A DNA stretch of 64,000 nucleotides, taken from NCBI GenBank assembly GCA_001643675.2, contig LSRY02000007.1:1178001-1242000 (forward strand). The letters are read 5' to 3'. The notes under the pieces were generated by a model. The model searched no databases and was not told the DNA's origin. It saw nothing but the letters and a program-made list of their open reading frames with translations. A program made the position numbers and the translations under genes. Positions 13,570 to 25,500 of this stretch are shown here, piece by piece (position 1 is the first letter of the stretch; every line of letters starts with the position of its first letter). Source of the DNA: Monocercomonoides exilis PA203. Lineage: Eukaryota; Protista; Preaxostyla.

Positions 13570-14630
13570 TTATGCAACTATCTTGTCAGTGGAATTGTCG
13601 AGGTCCTTCGTGAAATGTCGGCTTGTCGCAAAGGCCTATTCCAGATTTCCGAACAATCCATTCATGGAATGCAAAATTTCTTCGACAAGAAGATATCGAC
13701 AAAAGGCATCACAACTGTGGAAGAACATGCAATGAAAATTTTATTATAATGATTCAACGCGTTGTTAAAGACAACCCACATATGAGCTGCAGTGCGTTGG
13801 CGAAGCAATTTCACATTGGGAAAACAACAGTTTTAAAAATTTCACACGAGAAACTTCATTATAAATCTGATAAAATCAGAAGTGTTCCATATTCGCTAAA
13901 TGAAGATCAGAAAAAAATGCGTGTGCAAATTGGCTTCCTGTTGCTTGAAAATTTGGTCAATTTACAAAAAAGGAATTTCAAAGGATTAATTACTGGAGAA
14001 GAATCGTTTTTCAACAAAAGATAAAATACGGATTACGAATGGAGAAAAGATAAATCTGATTCATCAACTGTTGCGAATTTCACGTTTTCAGATAAGAAAT
14101 ACATGTTCATAATTTTTATTTCTATTCATGGGTTGTTATTTCTCTGCATTCTTCCAGAAAAATCAAAAATGAATGCTGAATATTTTGTGAATTCTGTTTT
14201 AAAACCTATATGCCAGATCCGTGATGAGAAATCTTATGTTTCACCAGTGGATTTTCACATTCATTTTGATAACCATCGTCCTCACACTGCTTCAGTTTCA
14301 AAGTATTTTGAGGAAGAAAATCATTTAATATTCTTCCGCATCCACAAAATTCCCCTGATATTGCACTTTGTGATTTTTCTCTATTCGGATGCACAAAGCA
14401 AGCTTTGAAGGGAAAAAGCATTACTAATTCAGATAAATTGGAAAAGAAATTTTTGAATTCTTTAATCTTTATTTTTCGAAATGATTATTCGAGTTTAAAT
14501 AGTTGTGGAAGGAGATTACTGTTTATTACAACACATAATGGAGATTATTTTTATGAATGATTATTTTTTTATACATCAATTTTTATACCATATTAAATTT
14601 TTTTTGCAAAATATGAAGGACCACCCGATA
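13570..14630 (+). mobile_element. Tc1/mariner (DD34D) DNA transposon with inactivated transposase and right TIR (14601-14630)
   Basis: HTH-like N-terminus, then ITGEESFF (first catalytic D->E versus consensus TGDExW) and HFDNHRPHTA. After a frameshift near 14335 comes PHPQNSPDIALCDFSLFG (consensus HPPYSPDLAPxDF), giving D2-D3 spacing of about 34. Stop TAA at 14022. The element ends ...gaaggaccacccga-TA. Confidence 0.9.
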
Positions 14631-15353
14631 CTTTATTTAATTCCAACAACCACAACTATCAAATCATAAATCGTAAAAAAAAAATAACGTTTGCAATAAA
14701 CATGCTCAATTCAAGCATTAAAAACAAATTTAATTATGCAGCATTAAATATTTAGAAAATGAAACTCATTTTTTGAAAAAATCATACAAAAAGACAAATT
14801 TTTGTGTAAATAACAGAAAACGATTGAAATCCGTTTCCAGCATGCGGATATACGCAAAGATATGTAATAAACCAAGCGAGTACAATTATAGATTCAATTA
14901 AAAAACCCCAGAACGAGAATCGAAAGTCTTACTAATTTTGAAGTTTTTTTATTAAAATCAAGAAAGCAATCAATAAATATCATCAAGTTGAATTACATTT
15001 TGTGGTAATTGATAATTAGAATTTTTATTTTATGTTTTCAAAAAAAGGTTAACAGAATCTCATTTTTTGACGCTTTGTTCAAGACCAATATTTTCCAAAG
15101 CTAAGAGCACACATTCCCAAGGCCCATGGCATGAAAAAAATCCAAATATCTACATCCATTTAGCAGCTGTTTGCTTGGATTTCTCTGATGATAGTATTTG
15201 TTCTTCAAACATGAAGGCTTTAAGGCTTTTTGGAAAAACAAAATAAATAATGGTTACAATAATTCTGTAGGGTTTATTTCAGGTTTGCTACTCGTCGGCT
15301 GTTCAATTGTTCATCCTTCTTGTATTAAAAATACTATAAACAGTAGAATTGTC

Positions 15354-18300
15354 ATGACAGATTTGGATGAGTACGAGAATAAGCTCGACGAACTGGTGAC
15401 AGACCACGCGTCATTTCCACGTGTATTTTTTTATTTTTCTGAATTGTTTCGTTACTTGGCAGAGGGAGAAGATGAAGAAAAATGGCGTTCACTTTATCGT
15501 CTCGCATTAAAAACAGACCATCTAACATACGCCATTGTTATTGCAATGAAATTACACGATGTCAAACTTTTGGAGGAAGTCTACTCAAAAGTCGAGGTTG
15601 GATCTCCAGAAGAGAGACAACTTGCTTTTATTATGGCAGAAACACAACAGCGTATTCCAGTATGCGTTGCACTTTAGGATTCATTTTCCCGAAGTTATTC
15701 TGTTAAAAATTGTATTTCCACATATATTCATCAGGACTTCCAATCTCATGAAATAATGTCAGGATCTTTGAGATCTAGCTTGCACTTGAAAGTATGTATT
15801 CTATTGTTTGTACAGACTTTTTTGAAGATAAATTGTTTCTGATCAGAACGCTGAATTCTTGGATGTGTTAGAGCCAAAATCTCCAGAAGATGTGTTCAAA
15901 ACACATCTTGTAGAGACTAGAAGTATCTCATTTTTTAATTTGGTTGCAGAATTTTTATACAAATGGGATTTTTCTTTTCTTTTCTTTTCTTTTTTTTTAT
16001 GTCTATGCAAATATTCTCTATTTCGCAAGATATGGCTGGATTCGATCCACCTGCTCAAGTGGATTCTATTTTGGAAAATCTCGCAAAAACGTTTGTTTCA
16101 GCAATCGTAAACTGCGGATTCGGTACTGATACACTCATCTTGAAAGAAGGTTAAGCTTCGTAATATTTTAAATAATATTTCGTTTATTTTCAAGTTTCTC
16201 AATAATTTCAAATGATAATTGCTAACTTTAATTTTTATTGATGACTTTTTCAAAAATAACTTTTATAGAGAGCGATTGGGTGTTCCGCCACAAGGAAGCA
16301 GGGATCACATGTGCAGTTGCAGCTATCGGGAGCATCATGCTGTGGGATGTGGAGACTGGCTCATCGTCCATTGACATCTACAACTACTCTGATAATCCCT
16401 TCGCAAAGGCCGGAGCGTTGCTGGGCGTTGGGGTGATGTCTGCGGGCGTGTGCAATGAGTTTGACACAGCATTTGGGCTGCTTCAGGATCATCTGAACGA
16501 CGAAGACACACTTCAGAGATGCTGCGCATATTTGGGGTTTGCATAAAATATCAATTTTTGTTATATGAAGAAATTTCTTTATTCTTCATTCACCTTCTTT
16601 TCTGTGTGAACGATTTGTTATTGCAATTTTTATTTTTGATTTATCAATTCATAATTTTTCAATAAATATATTTATTTTCTTTGCTTTTCCAATCAGATTG
16701 GGCATAGCTTATTCATGTACTGCCCGTGTAGAGCTTGATATGCTACCAGAGCCTCTGATGGATCCAGAAGAGAACATGGAAGTTGTGGCGATGTCTGCAC
16801 TTTCGTGTGGAATGGTGTTTGCTGGCACTGCAAACGACGCTGTATGTTGATGGATGGATGTTATCGATTGCTATTTTAAAGGGAAATAAAGCTGGATGTG
16901 ATAATTTGATCGCTAAATTATATTTTCATTTTCGTCTTAAAATTTCCTTCTTTCTCATTCTCTGCATTTATTTTCCCCTCAAATTATTTCTTTTCAACAC
17001 ACAAACAACAAACTTTTTCAACCATCGTTCTTTCTCATTTTTGCAATTTTCAGATTGAGCAAGCCATTTTCCAAGTTCTCAACAGCCGAGGTGCCTCAGA
17101 ACACATCACACTTCCACTCATCTCTGTTGCATTGGGGCTTGTTTACTTGCAGACTGGCAGTGCTGCTCAGAAAACGATCGAAGACTGCAAAGACCTTCCA
17201 GAAGGAGTAAGAGATTACACAGCAATTGCAGTATGACTATCCCTTTTATGAATAAACAAAAGAAATACTTTATAATTTTTCTTTAAAAATTGAACTTATT
17301 TTTAAAATTCACTTTTTATCTCCACTTAGATTGAGGCGTGTGCATATGCTGGAACAGGAAATGTGCTTGTCATACAACACATGCTTGAGATGTGCGTAGA
17401 GCCTCACAAAGAATCAGCTGTGTTGGGTGTAGCGCTTGTTGCGATGGGCGAAAAGATCGGAACAGAAATGGCACTGAGGCACTTTGAAAGAATGATACAG
17501 TGTGATTGGCTTTTTGTTGTGATAAATACATTTAATTGATCATTTTTATTTATTTATTTATTTTCAACGTAAATTTTCTGAATGATTTCTTCATTCAGAT
17601 ATGGCACACCAGAAATGAAAAAATGGATTCCCATTGCATTGGGAGTTCTGTCTGTTGGAAATCCGACTCTTGGTGCACTTCCCTTTTTGTCTCGAATGAC
17701 ACACGATGCTTCGAAAGACGTCTGCTACTCGGCAATGCTGGGGCTGGGCATTATGGCGGCTGGGACGAACAATGGCGCCACAGCCAAGCTGTTCAGAGAA
17801 CTGTCAGCGTATCATGCGAAGGACGCAAAGCTCTTGTTTATTTGCAGGATTGGACAGGTGTGAAAATATAATTAATGTGGTAAATGAATATATATGTATT
17901 TTTTCCTCTTCCTATTTTTTATTGGTTTTTTTATTCCAATTATTTTTAATTTCTTATTCAATAAATCTGAATGCATTATATTCGATTAATGATATCTTTC
18001 TTCCATTCCTCTTCATCTTTTTTTCAAATTGTTCAATTCTTTCTTTTCACTACAGGCTTTGGTTCATCTGGGCAAAGGAACACTAACATTGTCTCCTCTG
18101 ATGATGGACGGCCACCTCGTTTGCCGCCCTGGTCTTGTTGGACTCATCACTTTTGCACACGTTATTGCACATACATCTGATTGTTTGATAGTTATTTTCT
18201 TGAGAAAAAATAAAAATAATTACAATTTTCCTTTTTCAAAAAAATTTTTTTTCTTTTGTTTTCTTTTATTCTTCTTCTTCTGCTTCTTGTTTCAAATGCA

Positions 18301-19085
18301 TTTGCATCTAATTTTTATTTGAATCATATGAATTCTTTGTGCAATCAATCAGATCTTCTGGCACATCATCAATTCCTTCTGTATACACTTTATCCAGCCA
18401 TTAGGACAAGATGCATGACTGTCGTAGGCGATGACAATATGAGCAAAGAGGTTTCACTCAGAATTGGACAGGCAACAGATGTTGCTGGACTTGTGTGCTT
18501 CTTTTTCTTTCTCGAAAAGTTATGGAGTGATTATTCCATTTAAAATCTCCTTTCTTTGTGATTTCTTTCTTTTCGTTTTTTTTATTTATCATTCGAAAAA
18601 CGCATTGAAATATTTAATGATTAGCCTGGTAAACCGAATGTTGTGACAGGATTCCAAACAATGACATCTCCTGTTGTGCTTCAGGCAGGGCAGCGAATAG
18701 AAATCACTGATCTTGAATGTGTGTTTATTTAATGTCCTTTTCTTTATTTTTTTAAATCTTGATCTGATTTTTCTTTATTCAATGAATTTTCTGTAATCAT
18801 TATTACGATGAAATGCACTTGTCTTTTATACATATTTTTATAATATCTCGTTTCCTCTTATCATCCTTCTCTATCGTTTCTTTTTTATTTTCATGGATGT
18901 ATTTGACAGGGGAACCAATATCCGACATATGTGAGGGTGTTGTTGTGGTGAAGAAGAGAGTGTCAAAGGAAGATAACGAAAAAGCAGCAAAATCCTCAAA
19001 AACGGGGGAAATGGATATCGAAGAAGAAGATGAATATAAAAATGAGAAATCTCCAAAAGATAATGGAAAAATGGAAGTTGATTAA
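15354..19085 (+). CDS. RPN1: 26S proteasome regulatory subunit Rpn1/PSMD2 (multi-exon; 5' end uncertain)
   Basis: Exons encode LDVLEPKSPEDVFKTHL, NLAKTFVSAIVNCGFGTD, WVFRHKEAG...LWDVETG, CAYAGTGNVL, AMGEKIGTEMALRHF, GIMAAGTNN, LVHLGKGTLTLSP and RIGQATDVAGL|PGKPNVVTGFQT, all canonical Rpn1 motifs. Stop TAA 19083-19085. Confidence 0.93.
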
Positions 19086-19458
19086 TCACATACACACTTA
19101 GTCATATTTTTATTGTTTGATGTGTCTTTTAATGAACTTGAATCCTGTGAGAATTTCTCATTTTCTACTATTCATATTAAACATCTCATCCAAAATAAAA
19201 TTATAAATATCATTCTTTTTACTGATATATAAAAATTATAATTTCTTTCACGAAATTCCATTTGAAGCAGAATAAATAACATTTCAAAGACAGTTTTATT
19301 TTTTATCGTAAATTCTTCATCGAAACAAAATCGAGAAATAACAGAATTTTTTCATTAAAAAAATGAGTAACAATAATATTTCATGTCACGTTTCATTATC
19401 ATCTTTATCGAAAATTATATTTCCCCAAAAAATTACCCATTATAAAATATTTTTATTA

Positions 19459-20416
19459 ATGTTCCTTTTATTTTTGATATTTTCTGAGGCTTTATGTGCG
19501 GATCTTCCGCTATCAACAAATGATCCTTTATATGTACCCCCAAGAAAGCGTCCATATTCAACATTACAAATTGGAGTGACAAAGAGAAGCGATAATTGCA
19601 CAAACAAAGTACAACGGGGAGATGAAGTTGAAGTGTGATGATTGTTCATTATTTTAATTATTAGATACATATGTTATTTTTATGAAAAAGATTGCGTACA
19701 ATTTGACTTTATTCACAGCGAAACGTCGCGTGGATTATACAAAACCAAATGAATCATTTATATTTAAGACAGGCTATTCTCAAACGCTTGACGGTAAGTT
19801 TCTTTTAATGAAGATAATTTTCAACTTAATTTTTCTTTGATATTTTTGACTTTTTTTTATTTTTTCAGGATTAGATCAAGTTTGTGAAAATTTTATCAAT
19901 TTTATTTTTATTTTTTGACTTATGAAATCAAAATAATTTACACACGGACTTTATAAAGGGCGTTCTTGGTATGTGCATCGGAGAGAGACGCAGGATCCTT
20001 ATCCCGGCCTCGCTTGCCTATGGAATGAGAGGAGCCGATGATGTTGTACCAGGTATTCTTTTTGATCCTTTGAAGTTTTAGAACAAATCAATATGCATTG
20101 TCTTTTAACGCAAATAGGTGGATGCGCAATCATCATGGACGTTGAGTTGTTGGATATGTTTCCACTTGAGTTTGATGAGGAAAAAGCAGATAAGTTTTTG
20201 AAACGGAGAATGGAGTTAGAAGAAAGAGCAAAAGAAGGTGATTGGGATGAATATTTAGAACCAAAGCCTTTTGATCCACTTCGATACAATTTAATACGTC
20301 AAGTTGGAGGCATTATGAAGAGAACATATCATGCACCTCCTCGTCCAACTCTTCCAAGAAGAGTGCGTGAAAAACCAAGAAAGAAACGACCTCAACTTGA
20401 AGATTTGGAGATTTGA
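19459..20416 (+). CDS. FKBP-type peptidyl-prolyl isomerase with signal peptide (FKBP2/ER-type), 5 exons
   Basis: Exons 19459-19632, 19691-19793, 19869-19879, 19959-20052 and 20118-20416 join in frame: LQIGVTKR..C....[44 protein letters not shown]. There is a charged C-terminal extension. Confidence 0.88.
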
Positions 20417-20649
20417 TGGCATTGTCTTATCTTTCGCTGATTTCTTCTTTTTTTTTCAGTTTTATTTTTGTTCAATTTGCGTGTAATATTTTCTCTCATT
20501 TGTTAAAACTAACATAATGACTGCTTAACTTTCAATTCTTCTTGACGACTTTTTTTCATTGATATATTACAATCAAATTCATTATGCATAATGCGAACTT
20601 GAAGAACTTGGGAAATTTTTTGATATAATCAATCAACTATTCATTGAAA

Positions 20650-21800
20650 GTGAGGGAATCTGTTAGGGTTCCAAAGCCTTGAACCTTTCTATGGTCGGCT
20701 GAAAGGAGACTATTGCATTTTTTTAAATGAATTTTTATGAAACAAGGAAGTAGATTTAAGTGGAAAAGCTATCGATTTCTTTACAATGAAGCAAAGATTG
20801 AAGAAAGTTCGGAAAAAACTTGAAAATGGAGAATTTGATGATGTATTTGAACCAAGAGGTTAAGAACTCGCTCCAGAATACGATGAAAGCGGAAAGATGT
20901 TGGTTGGAATGAAAAAACGAAAATAAGACTTTAATTGGAAAAGATGTCATTATCTGAAATAACTGTTCTTATAAATCCTGTTCACAAGGTTTGAAAAATC
21001 ATTATTTTTTCATCTTTATTTTTTAATTTATATTTTGATTGAATTTGTTTATATTTTCAAGTAATTTTCAATTTTTCAAGTTACAAGCTTCAATGGAAAC
21101 AAAGGTTGCTCCAAGGAAATATAGAAAACATTTTCTTCCTGAAATAAATGATCCTCATCTTAATGTACTTGGATTGCGACTTGGAACACGTGGGCAAACC
21201 TTGAAAGAAATTGAAGCAACATCACACACAAAGATCACTTTTCGTGGAAAGGGATCAAACCGTACGAAAAGAGAGGTCGGGAAAATATATCCAGGTTCTG
21301 ATGAAAAACTCCACGCGTACATCCAAGCAGATACAGACGAGCAAATCAATGCAGCAGTCACTATCATTGATCAGCTTTTGATGCACTCTGACATGCAAAA
21401 TGAGTTCAGAAGGCAGCAGCTTAGAGAATTAGCGAAGCTGAACGGAACAGATATGTCCGCAGGCACACAAGGCTGCTCAATATGTGATTCGATGCTCCAT
21501 TCAGCGGAGGAATGCTCGTAAACGGATAGAGAAAAGAGAGGAGGAGAAGGAGGATTTTTGGGTTCTTTAATTGGATGTGAGATTGGAGCAGGCAGAGTTG
21601 ATGGTGGCGGCGAAGAAGAAGCGAAAGGAATGATGAATTCTGAAGGCAAAGGAAGGAGTAGTAGCAGTAGCAGTAGCAGTGAAGTTGATACAGAAAAGGC
21701 TTATGAATAATTTATGAAGGTGTTTGTACAGGGTCTATATGGCCAGAATGCGCATAAATGTTGTTTTGTGCGTGGAACGCAAATGGAAATTGGTGGAGTG
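20650..21800 (+). pseudogene. SF1: Splicing factor 1 / branchpoint-bridging protein pseudogene
   Basis: Helix-hairpin-like exon 20762-20988 (RKKLENGEF..RG*ELAPEYDESGK..INPVHK) carries TAA stops and a frameshift. An intron follows to 21080, then KH-QUA2 (GLRLGTRGQTLKEIE, FRGKGS, LHAYI, RQQLRELAKLNGT) and a CCHC knuckle CSICDSMLHSAEEC. Stop at 21519, and AYE*FM lies downstream. Confidence 0.8.
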
Positions 21801-22533
21801 ATGGAGATTGGAATGGACATATAGTGATGAATGGGATGGATAATGGAGTAAGAGAGAATAGAGGAAACGAGGAGATGAAAGGAGTTTGAATTTATCCAAA
21901 GTGGAAGGAAAGACAAGAGAAAAACTCCAGAGAAATATCTTAAAGATATAATGAAAAGAAGGAAAATGAAAAGAGAATTATTCAGTCACTGTTAAACTCT
22001 TTCATCTGAAAGTGTTGAACAATTTTGGAAATTGTTGAAATTTTTTGTTTAAACATTTCCGTTTGAATAAAAAAAGAAAAGAAAAGAAAAATGGAAAAAA
22101 ATGGGGAAAAAAACTTGTTCGAATACAATAATAATTATCATGATAAAAAAATTCATTTTTTTCATTTTTTATTCGATAGATAAACGTGTTTTAACAAAAA
22201 AACTTATGGAATTCAAAATTTATAGAAAAAATTGACTTTTTCTTCATTATCCAAATGTGAAATTTTCGCCATTGCTTCAATTTGAATCACTAAAATAAAA
22301 CGAAAGCTTTCATTAAAAAAAAAAAAGAATGAAAAAAAATCCCAAGAACGAAAAGAAAGAAACAAATGATCTGAAACATTATTGATCAATTACATATTAT
22401 ACTTTTATTGATTGACAAACATTCTTTTTTTCTTTTTGCTTTGTTTTAAATTCCACGGTTTACTATTATTCTTCTATATTTTACATAATGTTTATGTATA
22501 CTTTTTATTTCTTTTAATTTTGATTGCAGATAA

Positions 22534-25500
22534 ATGGAAAAAATACTTGACTTTTCTCAACCATTCGATGTCGCTCTTTTTGACCAAATGGTCACGGAAT
22601 TCTACTCACGCTCCGATCCCGTTAAGGTATTTAGAATTTTTATTTCATTTCGTTTCGCAGAATAATTGTTCAATTTCATTTGACACTGCTTAATTGTGTA
22701 ATTGCATGTTGCATTCTTAAACACATAATTTGAATACATTTTTTTGTTCCAGACCAAAGAAGCACATGATATTCTTCCCCGATTTACAAATCATCCTGAA
22801 GCATGGACAAAAGTTTACGATATTTTAGAGCGTTCGCAGCAAATGGCAGCAAAATTTCTCGCCCTTCAAGTTCTTGATCAATGTATTGCTCAAAGATGGA
22901 AAATCTTATCAGATTCACAGCGTAAAGCAGTGAAAGAATATATCATCCAACTTGTTATACGAGTGAGCTCCGATAGTGAACAATATCACAATCCATCATT
23001 GAAACCATTTATCACCAAATTGAATATAACATTGATATCGATTGTTAAACATGAGTGGACTTCAACATGGACATCCTTTGTGGATGATCTTTGCCAGTCA
23101 TCTCCAACAAATGAAACTTTATGTGAAAATAACCTTGTGTTACTACGTCTGCTCAGTGAAGAAATTTTTGATTATGGAAAAGAAACCATTGTGAGTAAGC
23201 GAAGACAAGAGCTTAAAGAACAATATAACACAAACTTCACGCAAGTGTTTCAATTATGCATGAATGTACTGAGACAAGCCTCAAAAGTGAACGATGCTTT
23301 GGTGGTAACTACATTACACACATTACGCGTCTTTCTTTCGTGGATTCCTATTGGATACATTTTTGAAACTGAACTTATTGTCACGCTTGTTACGCATCTT
23401 CTTCCATCTCCTGCATTCCGAGTTGCATCTCTTGGTTGCATTGCTGAGATTGGTGGACTTACTCTTGAAGCTGCGGAAGAGGTTAAATATGCTCAACAGC
23501 TAAATCAGCTCTATTCTGGAACAATTATTGCACTTGGAGCTGTTATTCCAGAGACTATGGGTATGTGCTAATGCATTTGCTATGAATTTTTATTCGTATT
23601 ATCGTATTGTCATTGGATAATGGAACAAATGATATAAAATGGGAAATACGATTTTTTTACAACAAAGTTTAAACAAATTTCTTTTTTTTTTTCCTTTCTT
23701 CCTCCTTTCTTCTTTTCTTTTATGTAATAGAAATGAATTTATTTTTTATTTCTTTGTTTTGTTTTCTATTTATTTGCATGTTTAATTATTTATTTCCTTA
23801 AACTAATAACCTTATCTTCAGATTTGGCAACAACATACATGACATCCAATCCTGATGGACAAAAATTGCTTAGAGAATTAACAGTATTTCTTGCAGATTT
23901 CTTCAAGAAGCATTTGCGTTTGCTGGAGTCCTCTTCGGAAGTGAGTGTATGCAAATTTTTTTTTAATAATTACAATACTGATTTTCTCATCTTTTTTTTC
24001 CTCTCATTTTTATTGATGTTGGTATTCTGATAATAATAATTATATATAAACTTTATATTTGATTTTTCTATGCAATTTCTTTGATATCAGTCGTTTATTT
24101 TGAATGGAATGAACTGGTTGTTGAGGTTGACACATGTGAAAGATCAAGAAGAGTTCAAAATCTGCATTGATTTTTGGCTTTTCTTGTCTCGCGATTTGTT
24201 TCGAAACGAGCTGCAATCTACTGTCAATAAACAATCTGTGCCTTTATCGATAGCAGCCTTGACACCAGCTGATCCAAGCTCTTCTTCATCCGCTTTTGTC
24301 TCTCCATTCGCTCCACAATCATCATCTTCCACTCCCTCTTCTGTATCTCTCTTTGCGTCATACCCTCTGACATACACTCCATCACCCCCCAGCGGGTCCT
24401 TATTTGCCAATGGTGGTCTGTTTGGCAGTGGAGGGCGAGGCGGAGGCTCCATCTTTGGCGGAACGACACCTGTGCCTGCCAGTCTGAGCAGCAGCATCGC
24501 AGCCAGCAGAGAGCGAAGGCCGCTGAGCAGAGCAGCGCAGGTGGAGATGATCAATGCACTGCATTCATCGAAGGGCACACCAAGGCTGCGGATGTACAGC
24601 ATGACGCTGCAGAACGTGAGGAAAGTGCTGATTGCGCGGATGGCTCGGCCGGAGGAGGTGCATGTGGTGGCGACATCAGACGGGGAGATTGAGAGAGAGG
24701 CATTGCAGGACTCAGCACAGATCCAGCTGTACAAGACGATGAGAGAGACGCTCATCTATCTGTGCCACATCGACTCAAGAGACACAGTGCAGCAGATGAC
24801 AACACGGTTGGAGGAGCAGATGGACCCCAGGCAGTTCAACTACGACACAGTGAATGCACTCTCGTGGTCTGTTGGTGCTATATCTGGCACAATGGGTATG
24901 TGTAATTAGTTTATTTACTTGTTTGGCGTCTTATTAACTTTATTCATTTTTATCTGGAAACAATTTTTATTTCCCTTTTTTAACTATCTTTGTGAAATTA
25001 TGAATATTTTTATATTCTTATTTGATGAACAGAGGAAAGCCAAGAAAAGGACTTTCTTGTGAAAGTGCTGCATGGATTACTGCAGCTGGTGGACAAGCAG
25101 GACAAACAAGAGGCGCGGGCAGTGGTTGCAACAGACATCATGTTTGTTGTTTCTCAATATCCACGTTTTCTGCGTCTTCACTGGCGTTTCCTGAAGACTG
25201 TTGCACTGAAGCTGATTGAATTTATGAAGGAGCCATTCGAAGGTGTGAAGGACATGGCAACAGAGACGTTTCTGAAGATCGCACAGAAATGCAAGCGGCA
25301 GTTTGTGATGGTGCAAGAAGGAGAAAAGATGTCATTTGTGGATGAGGTGCTGATGATGCTCCCGAGTATTTTGAGTGACTTGAGCAAGAATCAGATACTG
25401 AATGTGTGCGAGTCTGCTGCCTGGTGCATTGCAATGCAGAGTGATCCAGCGAAGAAGACAGTCGAAATTGCTGAGCTGTTCAAGATGCCGAATGCTGGGT

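Noticed and set aside
305-21800. Genome-wide stop-codon reassignment (TAA/TAG=Gln) suggested by many in-frame stops
   Set aside because: Intact genes here end in TAA (Rpn1), TAG (Vps15) and TGA (CRM1), and their long exons contain no internal TAR. The broken genes also carry TGA stops or frameshifts, so pseudogenisation explains them.
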